NCBI GenBank assembly: GCA_907165135.1
Contig: OU015568.1
Span: forward strand, 4,650,001-4,714,000
Reading direction: 5' to 3'
Source: Oikopleura dioica
Lineage: Eukaryota; Animalia; Chordata
Length of the DNA stretch: 64,000 nt
Shown: in pieces, positions 11,450 through 25,291 of the stretch
Position numbering within the stretch: position 1 is the first letter of the stretch
How the letters are laid out: each line of letters begins with the position of its first letter
Made by a program: the position numbers and the translations under genes
Notes under the pieces: model-generated
What the model was told of the DNA's origin: nothing
Databases searched by the model: none
Seen by the model: only the letters and a program-made list of their open reading frames with translations

Positions 11450-14035
11450 ATGTCGGAATTAATTTCCGCCCGATCTTCAAAACGCCCTGCTCTTGCTCGT
11501 TCAAATACCACCGCTGGTTGCAGCGCGGTGAGACCGGATCCAGGACCGAAGCCGAAAATTACTCCCCGCTCGAATTCGGTGAAGAAAAGAGACTCGCCGG
11601 AGATGTCAGATAATCAGCTAAATTCGGTGGTGTCCAGCATGTCTGACGTAATGGATGTGATGATGGGCAGGAGCCCCGTTATTAGCCCAAATACGAGGAG
11701 GAAGTTGGACATTAACTTGCCCAGGCATTTGAGATACTCTTCATCTTCCGAATCAGATGAATCAAGTTCAACCACGACAGCAGAAGAGCGACCGGTGAAG
11801 AAAAAGTGCGATCTCGTCGATCTTCCAAAGCAGGTTCTCGACCAATTTCGCTGGCAAAAGAGCTTGATCTCGAAATTCATCCAAAATCCAGCACCATCGA
11901 CAGGAAAAAATCCTCCGATAGCCCAAAACCCGGCGGTCCGAAATTGTCCGTTTGTCCGAGTAAAGATCCGTTGAATGTGAATTCGCCGCCGAAGCCGAGT
12001 CCAGACATGTCAAAACTGCCATCGATGACTTCGACGGAAATGAGCTCGAGTGAGGATGATGGTGTTTTTGATGAAGAAAATCAGAAGTTGATGAAGAAGG
12101 GGAAGGATAAAGATGAAGATTTGGAGGATATAAAGATCTTTGAAAGACTCGGCTGGTTTGAATCAAGACCGGTTTCTTATTGGTGGGAGATTTTGCTAGT
12201 ATTTATCAAGTAAGTTTCAGGTTAATTTCATTTACTATCGATCTAGCTTCTTATTGCGTTTATTGTTAATTATCAATTCTTCGAAAAATCGCAAATACAA
12301 CCTATAAAATAAATTTATTCCATTATGGTCTCGGGAACTAAGAGCAAGAGCGCAAAAAGGAGCTGTCTAGAGAAATTTTCACGCATACATATTTTGTGTT
12401 GCAAAATAAGTGAAACAGGTTTTTTTTAAGACAGCTCCTCAACTGTGGAGCGTTTTTGAGTATCTTTGAATAGACCTGTTTGAATGCTTTTAGTGCATCA
12501 ACAGTTTTGACGATTTGGCTTGGACTTATTCTCAATCTCTTCAAAGAAATTGTCTCCATCAACTCAAAATACTTCAACCCATCTGTTCTTCTGTTCTCAT
12601 CCCTTGGTCTTCTTCATCTTTTACTCTTACCGATCATCACGGATACCCTTAATGTTTCCAGCTTTCTCCCCTACATCAAGTAAGCCATCGAAGACGACCC
12701 TTTTTCAAAATTAAGGCATTCCAAAACATCGATAACAACCCGAAAACTCGTCCGAAACTGGAACTCAAAGTGGCGAATTTACTTCCTGAACTTGGTTCTT
12801 CCTTGGAACGCGCTCTTTGTCCAGTCAAATGTCAATTCTCAGTCGAACTTGTTGATGAAGCAAATTCAGTCGATATCAAAAGAGCTGGCGAAGGAGATAA
12901 AGCTGAAGCTCATCAATTTGAGAAGAATTGCGAACGAAATCGTTTTGATCGAATCCGCCACAAGAAATCCTTTTCAGGTAAAATTTTTGTGAAAATTGAG
13001 TTTGAAAAGGTTTTAGCTTTTGATCGGATATGCGATTTTCCTGCAACTATCGTCCAATCCTTTGAGCAATGCCTCCCTCACGGTCGATGGAAAATCAGCG
13101 ATAATCGACAAGGGGCTCTTTTTCTTATCATGCTACGGCCTTTTCGGAACATCGATGCTCATTTTTGTCTGTTTGTGCCAATATTTTGTTGTTTGGTTTG
13201 AAAGTTCTTTCAAGAAGAAACTCGACTTTTCCATCAGGTAAAATGATGAGACCAGAACTTTTTCAAGAGCATGATTTTAGGTGGATGATGATTTTTTCCT
13301 GCTCCTGTCAAATATTTCTGTCTCTTTGGTTTGTTCGCTCCTGTTCGATGGATATTTTCAAAAGCACCAATGCTTCCTTTTATGAATACCTTTTCTTGAC
13401 GCTGAAGATTTTCGGGCTCATCTTTGCCAATTTTATTCCAGTTTTTCTTTTCAAACAAAATCGTCAAGACATCAGGCTGGGGCTTAAAATCTTTGAATCA
13501 AAAATCAATTCTTTCAACTTTCTCAACCCTTGAAAGAACTTTTCTTCGTCAAATTTTCGTCGAGCTGCTTTTCTACGTCCCAAATTTTCAAAAAAAAATC
13601 TTCCTCGAATCTGGATCAGGTTAGCTCAACCCCTATTTGTCTATCCTTACTCGATTCTAGAGACGCTGAGAGCTCTTTTCTCGCATTTTCTCCGATGCGG
13701 CTATACTTTCTCGATCTTTTTCCTTCTCTCGTCAGATAAAATGAAAGAATCTTGGGCGAGAATCTTTGAAAATAATTTTCTACTGGCAGAATCAATTGGA
13801 GAAGTTCTGCTTTTCTGTGGCCCGATTCTTTGGATTGTCCTCATGTGAGCTTAGCTACCGCTAGCGCCCACTAAATATTTTTCTAGCTACTATTTTCTGA
13901 CGGATCTGGAATGCTGCAAGAAGATTTCCTTCGTCCTATTCCTATCAACCCTTTTCAGCCTCTTGCTTTGCTTCATTTTCCTTGTAGTCCCAAGCAAGAA
14001 TTACGCATGGGAGACACTCTTTGATTTTAACTTTT
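11450..14035 (+). CDS. Multi-pass membrane protein with long Ser-rich N-terminus, possibly XK-related
   Basis: Ser/Pro-rich exon (probable A-run frameshift near 11800) followed by many hydrophobic exons; VLIESATRNPFQ resembles the XK-family ESAPQ motif (weak). Confidence 0.55.
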
Positions 14036-14939
14036 AAAAAAAGACTGAAAATATTTTAACTCTGAATTTTGCCCAAATAAAATCTGACCGCTGCTTCAAA
14101 ATCAAGTAACTTTTGACTGATTTTTCCGATAAACTTTATTTACTTTTTTGAACTCGATAAACATGATCGAAAGCGTTTTTTTTTCTTTTTTTTTTTTTTG
14201 ATAAGAGATACGATTTTGAAAACATGATACAGAGAGAAGATTGAAAATAGAGTTGATGAAAATAGAAAATTGAACAAAAGTTGAATAATTTGTCTTTATA
14301 AATAAGAGTTTTTGTTTTTTACTTTTTAGAATTGATAAGAGTTCAGCAGGAGATTAAGAAAAGAGGGACACATGAAGAAATGTATTTTTTTAAGTTGGAA
14401 AATAAAAATAAACAGAAAGTAAACTTTATCTAGAATTGAAATTGAAAACTTAAAATTTAAATGGGAAGAAATTGAAAGAAAAACGCCTTTCAAGGTAAAA
14501 ATCCGCTTCGTAATAGTCTATCACGAGTTTGGAGAATCAAGGGGCTTTCTTTTGAAACGAAAAATGAATGATTTTTATCAAATTGAAAGATTGCTCTTTC
14601 AAATTCGAAAACTTAAATATTTTTGTTTTGATAAAATTTTTAGAGGTAACATGGTGAGAAATTTTGTTTTATGAATTCAGAAAAAAAAGAAGAGAAAAAA
14701 TGAAAATAATAAAATTTGTAATTTTGAAATTAAAATTTTTGAGAATAAATAAATTTACGATAGCGACTCATACTGTACGTATGGACATCTTTTTCAATGC
14801 GGAGAGGGTCAAATTTTGAAGCTGACCAGCTGGGGCGAAGCGTACAGTACAATTGTCGTTTGACAGTACTTTACCGGTAGGATAAATAGCGATTTGTTTT
14901 ATAAGCCGAGAATAATAAAAATGTTTGAATTGATAAAAT

Positions 14940-17900
14940 CTAGATAAGAATAACTGTTTTTAGGGTCCCGAGCAAACAATCTTGAATCTTGAATTTCCCA
15001 CATGTAACCCGTATGGTTAATATCGCTCCTTCCACGCCGCTGATTGGCTTGTGGGTATTTCTAGAGGAGCCAATGAGCGGGGGGAAAAGAGCGCCACCAT
15101 GTTGAACTGTCAGGAAGCAGGACGGGAGATAAGATTCTGAAGTCGAAATGTTACGAATCTTTTGCTGGCTTTGTTTTTTGGAACTTAGCGGCGTTGGCGG
15201 GAAGCTTCGGAAAAGGCTCGGATCGAGAACATGAGCTCGGCTTGGAAGCGGGCTTCGAGGCTGATAAGATTCACGTGTACCTGAAGACGAGGTCAGTACT
15301 GAGTCTCGAAGGGACTTTCTTACCTTTTCGTCATGAGTAAGTCCACTCAAGAAGTTGTCATATTGCGCCTTGGTGACTCTCTTCGGCCGAAAGACCAAAT
15401 TCTTCAGATAATCTCGCATCTCATCGTCGATAAGTTTTTCCAAATGATGATAGGGGCAGTCGTCAGACCTGAAATACATAATAAATCGATGAGCATCTGT
15501 TTTGAAAACATGGAGGAGTCACGGAAAAGCCGCTTCCTCGCGACATCAAGACAAGTGATGAAAATTAATTGCCTTGAACTTTTGTGAACCCAACTTTTTC
15601 TTTATTTACTCACATAATACTCAAAAGGCATTGCGTGTAGTCCCAAATGCCGGATCTGAAGATCTCCGTGTCTACTTCTTGTCTTGGGCCAACGGTGCGA
15701 TACGTCAAGTTTCTGATGTTTTGGAATTTCTCGTCGATCAGCTGGATCAAATTCTGGCTCACTCGGAGCTCGCTGCACATTGCTTCAAACGCGCTTCCCA
15801 TGCAAGCTCGATTGGCCGTCGATCGCCAACAGTACTCCTAAAGAACGATCAAGCAACTCGTTGGAAAATTATAACGAACATGGAGTCGGAGGCAAGCCTG
15901 TTCGACGTCTTTTGGGTGGTTGTATCGCGACGCTGAGAGATTTTTGTTGTTGTTGTTCGCTGTCAGAAAGCGCTTGAGCGGAGTATCGTGCAGTTCTTCG
16001 TCGTCTTCGTCGTCGGAAAAGACTGTGTCGGATAAACCCATGTTCTTCAGGTGCTTCCATGAGTTTTCGGCTAGAAGAAAAGGTAAGAAAACAGCATGTA
16101 TGCGAGTTTGGATCCGTGTGATTTGAAAAAGAAGAGACTTACAAAGTTCTCGGTCATGGTCAGGATCAAAATCGGGCTTGCTCTGCGATTCGGTGCGAAT
16201 CCTGTTGAATGCCTTCATATTTTTGATCAAGTGTTCGACCTTGTCGACGGAGTTGCTCGAGTCGCTGTCGCCTTCGTTCTGCTGCGCTGTTGATGGCTGC
16301 CGGAACTAGAATGCTTCCGTTTAGACTTTGCCCCTTTCTTTGATCAATTATTGACGCGAAGGTGATCAGAGAAAATCAATAAAGAACTTACGCCGTGTCC
16401 TTCTTCGGAGTCGAGCTCTGGCTGGATTCCAACGCCGGCGCAGAAGCCAGAAAGGCAATGAAACCAAGACATGATTATGATCGCTGTCAGCAGGTCTGAA
16501 TCGCGCCAAAACTGAAAAAAACGATGACTTTTGAACTCAAATTCGCAGCTTTACCTTGGTCAATCCAGTGGTCAAATCATTGATATGTTCGGCCTTGACG
16601 TTCCACGGCTTATTCGCCAGTAACTCGTTTAGTTCCGCCAGCTTCTGATACTGCTCTGGCACAGCGGTGAGGCCCTCTTCCAGCCAGCGATGGTAGTTGG
16701 TCGTTGGCTGGCAGGATTGGATCTCGTGGAGGAACTCTTCTCGGAGCATGTGGTAAAGATACTCGCACTAGCGAAGATGATTCACTTTCTACAGCTCTAG
16801 AAATCCTTACATTTCGGGCAGAAACCGCCATAATGGCGATATAAACCCTCTCAATCTTCGTCAGCGCCGAATCAGTGGGGGTCATGATCAATTCTCGCAT
16901 GAACTGATCCCACAGTTCGAAGTAGCTCGTGTGAATCGACGTCACCAGCGCTAGAAATACAAAAGTTGAAGCGACGAAACTTGGAAAAGACCATACACAA
17001 GTGGTCAAAACGATGAAACAAGTCCCAGTGATCTAGGAGAGCCAGCGATCTTCGTTTGTCGACATCGAGTCGCTCTCGGTCTATTTCATCTTGTTCTGCT
17101 TGCTGGAGGAGTCGCTCCGATTCTTCGTCGAAAATTGGGACTAAATACAAAATATGAACAAAAGCGCCGCTAGGTTTTGATATTACGAAGCCACGGGTGG
17201 CTTCTCGAATATCAGAAATCGAAAAATAAGGGTGTCAGCTCATACAATAAGCTCGAATTCGTACACATGTAGATCCTTAACCCAGAAAATATTCAAGTCT
17301 GATCGGATAATCCGTCGACAAAGCAGCGATTGTTCAGGGATCAACGATAGAATTAATAATTGAAACGAAACAAAGCGAGCGCCGGGGAATTACAGTAAAT
17401 AATCCTGTTTTTGAGAAGCTACAGTCAGTTGATCACCGCGAGGCTCTTAATCGGCCCTACCCGGTAGTCGATCAGACCTGTTTTCAAAAAAGAAACTGCT
17501 GAATCGGCGATTTTAGGAAACTTACTTTCAGGCAAGGCGGTGACAAATAAGGATGGCCCCTTCGAAAGTCTGTGAGGTACGAGGCTGCATTGCCCGGAAA
17601 GACGACGGCGCTTCTTTTCGTCTTTCGTCGGGATAGGTCTTGCGTTTCGGGGGCTTGGAAATTCGCCTGTCTGGATGGAAGAAGTTTAATTCGAAATTGA
17701 AGTGGGGTTTTCTTGCTTACCTGTAAACGGTTGAGAACTTGATTCATCCTCTCCTTGACCTCTACGATCGGACACAGAGAAGATAAACGCAGCACTGTGG
17801 GAGTCCATTTCTTCAGAATATCAGGCTAAACGAAAAACCGATAAAGAAAAAGAAGCGGTGGGAAACGCTCACGTCTTCGTCCAAGGCAACATTCACTAGT

Positions 17901-18450
17901 TGGTCCAGATCGTCAAGTCCGCTTTTCCGCTTTGGCGAGTCGAATAGCTGCTGAATCTCGAAGAAAATTTGCTCGAATTTTTCATCCAACGATTCTTTCT
18001 CTAAAAGACGATTTAAAAATCAATAATTCAGGATACAGGAATAGTAAGGGGTAGCCGTCAATAGGAAGCCGATAAGTTAGAACATATCAGAAGGCCGAGA
18101 AGGCTCTTGCGGCTTCGAGCATAAAGAAGTGAAAAGCCGCGCCTCTCGCAGCTAAAACTCCTCTTTTCTCCAACCCGCAAGCGGTTTCTCGGCTTTCAAA
18201 TATGTTCTTATCTATCGGCTATTGAAAGCTACGCCCTAAATTTCATTATTTCTTTCTTACCTGGAGTAAAGCCCTAGCATCCCTCAACACTTCGATTCCC
18301 GAGCAGTGAGAGTCACGTGAGTCCGAGTTCCATCGCAATTCGTCGCACGCGTCCGGCATTTAGCAGCTGGGGAGGGAGAGGCAACTGTTTGGATTTACTG
18401 TTACGAGTCTACCATTTACAGTCGCGACACGAGTGGGGAACAGCTCGAAC
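14940..18450 (-). CDS. Large uncharacterised multi-exon protein; 5' end uncertain
   Basis: Series of minus-strand coding exons joined by ~42-nt GT-AG introns (e.g. QACLRLH|EYCWRSTANRAC..; DDCPYHHLEKLIDDEM); no family recognised. Confidence 0.6.
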
Positions 18451-19411
18451 GAATTCTGAAAATGAGAAAGGTTGAGTTATTAACTTTGTACTAATGGGTT
18501 TTGTGTCTCTTATTATCCGCTGCCGGCCGGAGCATCAGGGGATAATTGACCAGACAAATAGGTAAAAGAGCGGCTTAATTATGGACAGAAGATAGGAGCG
18601 CAGGGGACAATACCTGGTCAGAAATAACAATTCTGTAGATTATCGTTTAACAATGCTTGTCTAAAGACAGGAATGAAAGAAAAGCGGAAGAAAATCGACA
18701 TAAAAACAACAATTATAGATTGCGATCGGATAAAACAGCTAAACCTAGTTTCTGATTGGTCAAAAAATGTGTGCTTGCTGAAAAATTAATGCTAGGTTCT
18801 GATTCACTAGAATCAAGAATAAAAGCCTCTTATTGGATAAAACAAGAAACACTGAAATCTCACTGGCTCATGCTTCCCTCCTATCAAAAACCCGGTCTTT
18901 TCCTGCTCCTCTTAAAAGAAAATTGCGAAAATGAATTTTTCTAGAAAAAAAGAAAACTTCTATTCTCTAAATATATGCTGGTTATTAAAGTCTTCACTCT
19001 CTTTCATCAAAAAATCACATAAAACTGGGATGAAATAAAAATGCCGGTCTTATTCAAAGAATGAAATAATAAATTGTTCTGAGACAGGTCATCGGTCCCC
19101 TGGGTGGGTGCCGCGGCTCTCAGCAGGATGCGCCCGAGCGCTCCCTCGAGGCCGCGACACAGTCAGCTCTGAGCCCAAGCGCGAGTGGCAAAAAACGCAA
19201 ATTGAAAGAAAAAGATGAAAACAAGCTCAAGTTCACGCGCCCCGAGCGAGGTCAGCCTATTGCGCAACGCCGCGCAGCAAGGCACACACACACAAAGTCT
19301 GTTCCACCTCACTGGTAGCCAGATCGTGCTGATGTTGACAGGTGCTGCCAGTGAAATCAAAAATAGACTTTATAATTTTTCGTCTGAATTTTCTACCAAA
19401 GTCGTGATAGG

Positions 19412-19555
19412 AGTGACACCCTTAAATAATCTTTACGAACTTGCGAAGCTTGCGGCTTCGAGTCGGAAAACAAAAGAAGCCGCGCTTGGCGCGGCTCTCA
19501 TCATTTTCTAGCTTTCTTCTTTCTAAGTTCGTAAAGATTAAATAAGGGTATCATT
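19412..19555. mobile_element. MITE with GTGACACCCTTA-type TIRs enclosing AAGCCGC/GCGGCTT hairpins
   Basis: AGTGACACCCTTA ... TAAGGGTATCATT inverted ends. Confidence 0.6.
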
Positions 19556-20219
19556 CCTTTAATAATTTCAGTAGAAAACTCAGAAGTTCACAACTATCGA
19601 CAAAAACATGTAATTTTGGTAAGATTTAGTACGTTGCTTATCTCTTTTGAGCTAAAAATAAAGAAGAAAAGCTTGTGGGTTGCTCGATCCGCCCGGACTA
19701 GTAGATGTAGCTGCCAGTTCAAAAACATGTTTTCGAAGATGCCCCTCCTGTGCACTTATTTTATTGAAAACACCAACTTAAAATTGATTGTAGTAAACTG
19801 ACAATAAATCGCTTATTATCATCCCAAAAATCGAAAATCGTAATTGACCCTCGTAAAAAATCTCTTGAAAAATCTGTCCGCTTTGGCTTTTTGTTGACAT
19901 TTCGCAGCAACTCTTGAGTTTCGATATTAAAATGAATCGAAGACGAATTCGAGGTTCAAATCGTTGAGTTGTGCAGTCAAGCATTCAGAAAAACGCCTTG
20001 GGAAAGACGTATTCTCGTCCCTCAGACAGCAGGCAAAATCGAGCCGATACTAACGACTGTCTTCAAGAACGAGAGTGGGTTTTGTCAACTTGGGAAAAAT
20101 TTTATGGGCAATAAGAATGGTCAAAACATGAATTTTGGGACGAAAAATAATGTTACGATTTTCAAAGTAGAAATCATGAAGCAGGATCTTTCCTTCGAAT
20201 TTTTTTCAAAAAATTAGCT

Positions 20220-20286
20220 TAGTGATACCCTTATTTTATTTCAACAAAAAGCTTACGCCGTGAAGCGCTAAATAAGGGTATCACTT
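20220..20286. mobile_element. Minimal GTGATACCCTTA-TIR MITE
   Basis: TAGTGATACCCTTATTT ... AAATAAGGGTATCACTT, about 67-bp hairpin. Confidence 0.7.
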
Positions 20287-20936
20287 GGCTAATTTTTAAG
20301 TTAATTCGAAGGAAAGATCCCGATTCATGATTTCTGCATTGCAAATCTTTTTTATTTCAAAAATTATAGCTCAAAAATGTCAACTTTTTTGGATGAAATT
20401 GTTTCGAAAGAATATCTTGTCTTAGAGCCAGATAGACGAAAAGACGAATAATCAAAATTAGCAAATAATTATCTGCAAATTAATTGATCTCTTATCGAGT
20501 TATTTCTGTCTCTGCGAAGAAGTTTCAGAAAAATAATAAAGTCTGAAAAACTCTCTTTTTCTCTGTTTCCTCTCTTTAGACAGAATAAAACAAGTTCAAT
20601 TCATTATCAAAACAAAACCATCACGCCATTTCGAAGTGCAAGAAAAGTATTTTTTTCATTGAAAAATTCAAAATTGAAAGTGTTTTTTTTTGCGAAAAAA
20701 AGAAAAAATACCTACAATACTAAAAAGATATGGCGCGATGCGGAGAGGCCCCGAGAGACCAAGGTAGAAATTACTGACAGTTAAATTAAAGCCAGGTCGC
20801 TGCCGGTGCGTTCGTCGCTGAACTCGGAGAACACTGTTATTATTTTTGACAAACTGACGAAACTGTGCATGGCCGAAGAAGGCAGAAGCGGAGCTGTCAA
20901 AATTGCCAGTTTTTGATCAAATATAAATAGGAAAGA

Positions 20937-21255
20937 AAAGTTCATTTTTCGAACTCTTTTGAAAAGTTGAAAAATGAAATAAACTTAAAATTTATTTTTC
21001 ATCAAATTTTAGTCAGCTTTGTCAGATATGCTGTTGACAATTTCAATTCTACCCAGTTTTGTCTCAAAAATAATTTCTTCGTAAAAACAGAGGTGAAAGT
21101 TTTGTCATCTCCGTTTTTTGCCAATTTATTATTTTTGATACAAAAATACGCGAAACTGAAATTGTCGACAGAACTGGCAAAGCTGACAAAAATTTGATGA
21201 CAAAAATAAGTTTATTTCATTTTCAGCAGTGAAAAAAAATTCGAAAAATGAACTC
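20937..21255. repeat. Imperfect ~320-bp AT-rich palindrome (foldback/MITE-like)
   Basis: Arms AGTTCATTTTTCGAA..AATGAAATAAACTT..GTCAGCTTTG match reverse-complement arms around a centre near 21095. Confidence 0.7.
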
Positions 21256-21882
21256 AAATTTCTGCTGATGTAACTTTTTTTTGACGATCGTAACGGGCAT
21301 TATTTTTCGCTCGCTCAAGATTTCGTGGCAGAATTATGATGATGAATTGCCGCTCATTATCTCATTTTAAGGCCACTTTTTCTGCGAATCAGTCAAAATC
21401 AAGATCATTCGAAATTTGGCCTTTTTCTAAGCCTTTTAATTTCGAACTTTTTGAAGCAAAAATGACCAAATTTGACTTGCTCTTTCTTGTTACTGATACT
21501 CGGAAAAGTTTGTCTTTGACAAATTTCAATTTTAGAGTTTAAGAGTGGCGATAGATCAAAATCATTCTGTCGTGCTTGAAAGAGTGAAAAATATTGACCG
21601 TTACGAGCGGGCGACGTAGTGTTTGACTTGCACCCAAAAACGTCTGTCTAAATACGATACAGGCGATTGTTACGAAATCATAAAAATACAGTAATTGACA
21701 TTTTAAACAGTAATTTCGTCATTTTCTGTCAATACTGTAGTCAAATCGTTATTTTGCGAAACAGAGAAAAAATGACGAAATCGACAATCTTGAACCAAAT
21801 TTTCCAAGTTTTATCGACAATCTCGGACCATTAATTCAGGGTAATCTGAAGTTGACAATCTATGGAAGAGATGAATATCTCA

Positions 21883-22136
21883 AAAATGGAATGCCTTAGA
21901 CATTGTTGATATATTTTTGGCTCTGCAACCTGTGTGGAAAGCCTGAGTCAGGGCATAAAATATTTCGAATGAAACGCCCCGTAGCGGCTTTTTTAGAAAC
22001 AAAGCCGCAACGCTTCGTTTGGTCAAGAGCCGCTACGGGGCTTTTCATTCCAAATATTTTAAACCCTGAATCAGGTTTTCCACACAGGATGCAGAGACAA
22101 GAATATATCAACAATGTCTAAGGCATTGTCCATTTT
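21883..22136. mobile_element. Hairpin MITE, CCTGAGTCAGG family (copy 2) with extended outer arms
   Basis: Near-perfect 254-bp palindrome; explains the mirror-image ORFs 21896-22114 and 21903-22121. Confidence 0.85.
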
Positions 22137-23084
22137 ATGATTTCTTAGAAACCCACAGCAGACAATAACTCGTTTCAAGTTAAAACTCGAACCGAGTGAC
22201 CTCCAAAGTCAGTGGACAATAACAATAGCAAAGAAAAATTGAATAAACTCAATCCTTTCGCCCGGGCAGCGAAAATGCACAGAATCCGGAGGCTTGTTAA
22301 TAAAGGATCTTGCGAATTTGAAGGGCTTTGTGGTTGAATAGCTGATTATTCTTCAGGGCCGCAATAAAAGATTCAGATTTAAAAGTTCATCTCTTAGGGT
22401 CACCATCTTCCCACTGCCTCTTTCGATCTTCAACTACTGTTTTTTCAAGCAAAGAAACGGTATAAAAACAAAGAACTTATACCGGGGCAAGAAACAAAGA
22501 AGCACTAGAATGAAGGAAAAGTCCTGAAATCGAGGATAAAAACGTGAAGCACGAAAAAAAAAATTATTCGACAGAAAAGCCGCAGGCGGCTTTTTATCTT
22601 GGATTCAAACAACAGTGTTTTTAGAATGTATTTCTCTCATAAATTATTTATTAGCATTTTTAACAAAGACTTTTTTTATCTTTTCGACAACCAGAAAAAG
22701 AGCCGCACGCGGCTTTATGGTCTTTTATTACTTTGAGCGCGGCTTTTGTTTCGACTTTTTTTCAAAAACTTCATTCAAAAACTACGAATTTTTTTGGATT
22801 TTTTCTCTATTTTTCTTGTTTTCTTCGGGATTTCTCTGTTCCGTTCAATTTCACTATTGAAAGTTGAAGTTAGTGAGATAGTGGCCACACGGCGCGTCTG
22901 TGTACACTCCCTTAGACTCAGAGTGAGCTCTTTGTTGTTAACTTGAACAACAAGAAAAAGAGTCTTGCTCTCTTTTCCTTCGAAGAAAAAAATCTCTGAT
23001 TTTTATAATTTTCTTTGAAAAATAGATTTCTCTTTCTCGATTTTATTTTCAGCGGAAAAAAATGAGCAGATGAGCCGGATAGTA

Positions 23085-23250
23085 ACGCGATTACGTCACG
23101 CGAATCTCCGGCGCCGGCGACAGCCAATCACGGCGCGCGGCGCGACTGATTGATGGCGCCCTTGAACTTGACCGTGAATTGTGGCTCAGAACGCGAAATC
23201 AAGCGGATAATCCGAGCTCGGATAAAAATGGCGCCATATTTCGCCACTTT
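23085..23250. promoter_or_regulatory. GC-rich promoter-like island (CCAAT, AAAATGGCG)
   Basis: CCAATCAC, GCGCGGCGCG and AAAATGGCGCC (YY1-like) motifs in an AT-rich background; target gene not identified. Confidence 0.4.
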
Positions 23251-23325
23251 CAGTCATTTTTTTTCGAAAAAAGCTGAAAAAATATTTCATTTTTGATAAA
23301 TTTTATCGAACATGAATTTTTTTCA

Positions 23326-25291
23326 TTATGAAGTTTGAGCAGAAACAATATCTTCAGATGGTTTCTCTTTCTCATCTGATAGCAGAGTCTCTTCTTTCTT
23401 CTGTTTCTCCAGCCTGAACTCTTCGACTGGAGTGTCCTGCAGCTCTTTGATCTTGTTGAAGAAGAGGGCGTACCAAATCGTCCCGACGACGAGGGAGAAA
23501 ATGCACAAGGAGTAGTAGCTGTCCCAGCCAGTAAATTGCGTTTCTAGAGCGTTTTTGAAATGGTAAAAGAAATCAATGTACCGTTGGGGTCGTAAACTCC
23601 CGATCCATTTTCATATTTGTCGCAGTAATCTTTGTCCAGCTCCAGATCGCGGTCAATGAATCCAAGAGTTTTCAACGAGACGGTTTCAACCCAAACTCCT
23701 CCCATATTATACACTAGAAACCGCTTATGATTTCGATAACTGTAATCGTCCTTACTTGAATTCAGAAGAGTCATGTAAACTCCGCCCATTGATTCGTCAG
23801 CAATGTAGAAAAAGAACCCTTGGGAACTGAAAATGATGGTTTATGGTGGCGCTGTTTCCTTGGTGGACCAATCAGAGAGCGTCATTTTAAAATTCTTATT
23901 CGTTCAAATTTTCCCACGGAAGATGGCGCTGTTTAGTTGAGTAGCAAATCAAAAGCGAGGAAAAAAGAGAAAATCACTTCTGATTGGCCAAAAACTATCT
24001 TACCTTAGGTAGACCCCATGATGAGCGAGTAACGAAGCCATATTGACGCCGATAATCGTCCACGTGATACTTCCGTTTGCAACCAACTGCTCAGCGTACA
24101 TCAGCATGAATCCGGAACAACAAGTCGCTAGAAAAAAAGATCATCATCAACCCAGCCCCCAGTTTTTTTTACCAAGCATGTAGAAAGGATAGGCATAGAG
24201 AAATGTAATGAGCGATCGTTTTCTTGTGAATTTGACCATTGCAGCTGCAGTGGCGATGTTGAAAAATTTCATGACGAAGCTGACTTTTGAGAATATTTTC
24301 TTTTCAACGCAACGGGCACGCATTTTCAGCATCAGAGCTTCTCCATGCGGGGCGAAACCGACCTTAGATGTGAGGCAGAAAATGACTTTTCGAGGGACTA
24401 GAAGGACTGGGTTCGAAAACCTGCGTAGAAAACCTGAGTCAGGGTCCAGCTTCGCGGCTTCGGTTAAAAAAAGCCTCCACGCGGCTTCTCATAACCCTGA
24501 CTCAGGATTACCACACAGGCTTTCTCTCATTTATTTCGCCATTCTGGCAATTCAAGTCCCTTCCTAGCCAAATAATCGGCCTCAAACTCAGCAGCTTGAA
24601 AATATTCGTATAAGAAACCGCCACCGATTTCCACGAGTTATTCTCAGACACACTCGTGTCTTTGACAAAAATGAGGACCAGAACTGTCGTGATCAAGTAA
24701 ATGAGCGAAACATATTTGAGAAAAAGAACATATCCAATCGTCTCATCCAGAAATGAAAAGTAAATGTTCCAGCTAAAAGCACCAATAAGCTGTCCGCCGA
24801 GTTGAAGATTCGCCGTCATTCCGACGTATTCTTGACTGAGGAGGGAGCAGGCCCAGCCGTCGACAGAGATGTCCTGGACGGTCACCATTCCGATGATCAG
24901 GAAATACATTCCAGTCAAAAGGGCTATTTGACCATTCTGAAAATAAAAAATAAAGGAATTCTCTTCCTTGATTTTTTACCTCGACAAAGCTTTCAAATCC
25001 CAAACTCGCAGCAAAGAAGAGCAATCCGACCGTCATTTGCGCTAGAATAATCCAAGGTTTTCTCCATCCGAATTTCCCGAAAGAAATCGAATCAACTATC
25101 GGCGCCCAGAGAATTTTGATTGAAAAAGGCCACATTGCCAAGCTAAAGATCGCCTGATCCTCCATTTCCACGCCCATGGAATTCAACACTAAGGGGACAC
25201 ATCCAACTACTCCAAGAGCCAGTCCCTGCAGAATATACAGCGTCAAGACGATAATTGAACCCTTGATATCTTCATTTTTGATTTTCGACAT
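23326..25291 (-). CDS. SLC33A1: Acetyl-CoA transporter 1-like MFS protein (paralog A)
   Basis: LYILQGLALG..WPFSIKILWAPIVDS..RKPWI..VQDISVDGWACSLLSQE..KVGF..DESMGGVYMTLLN motifs; multi-exon. Confidence 0.88.
24406..24531. mobile_element. Hairpin MITE, CCTGAGTCAGG family (copy 3), in GA-AG intron 24386-24563
   Basis: ACTGGG..CCTGCGTAGAAAACCTGAGTCAGG ... CCTGACTCAGG..CACACAGG. Confidence 0.8.

Noticed and set aside
21896-22121. Mirror-image ORF pair on both strands
   Set aside because: Artefact of the palindromic MITE; no splice or homology support.
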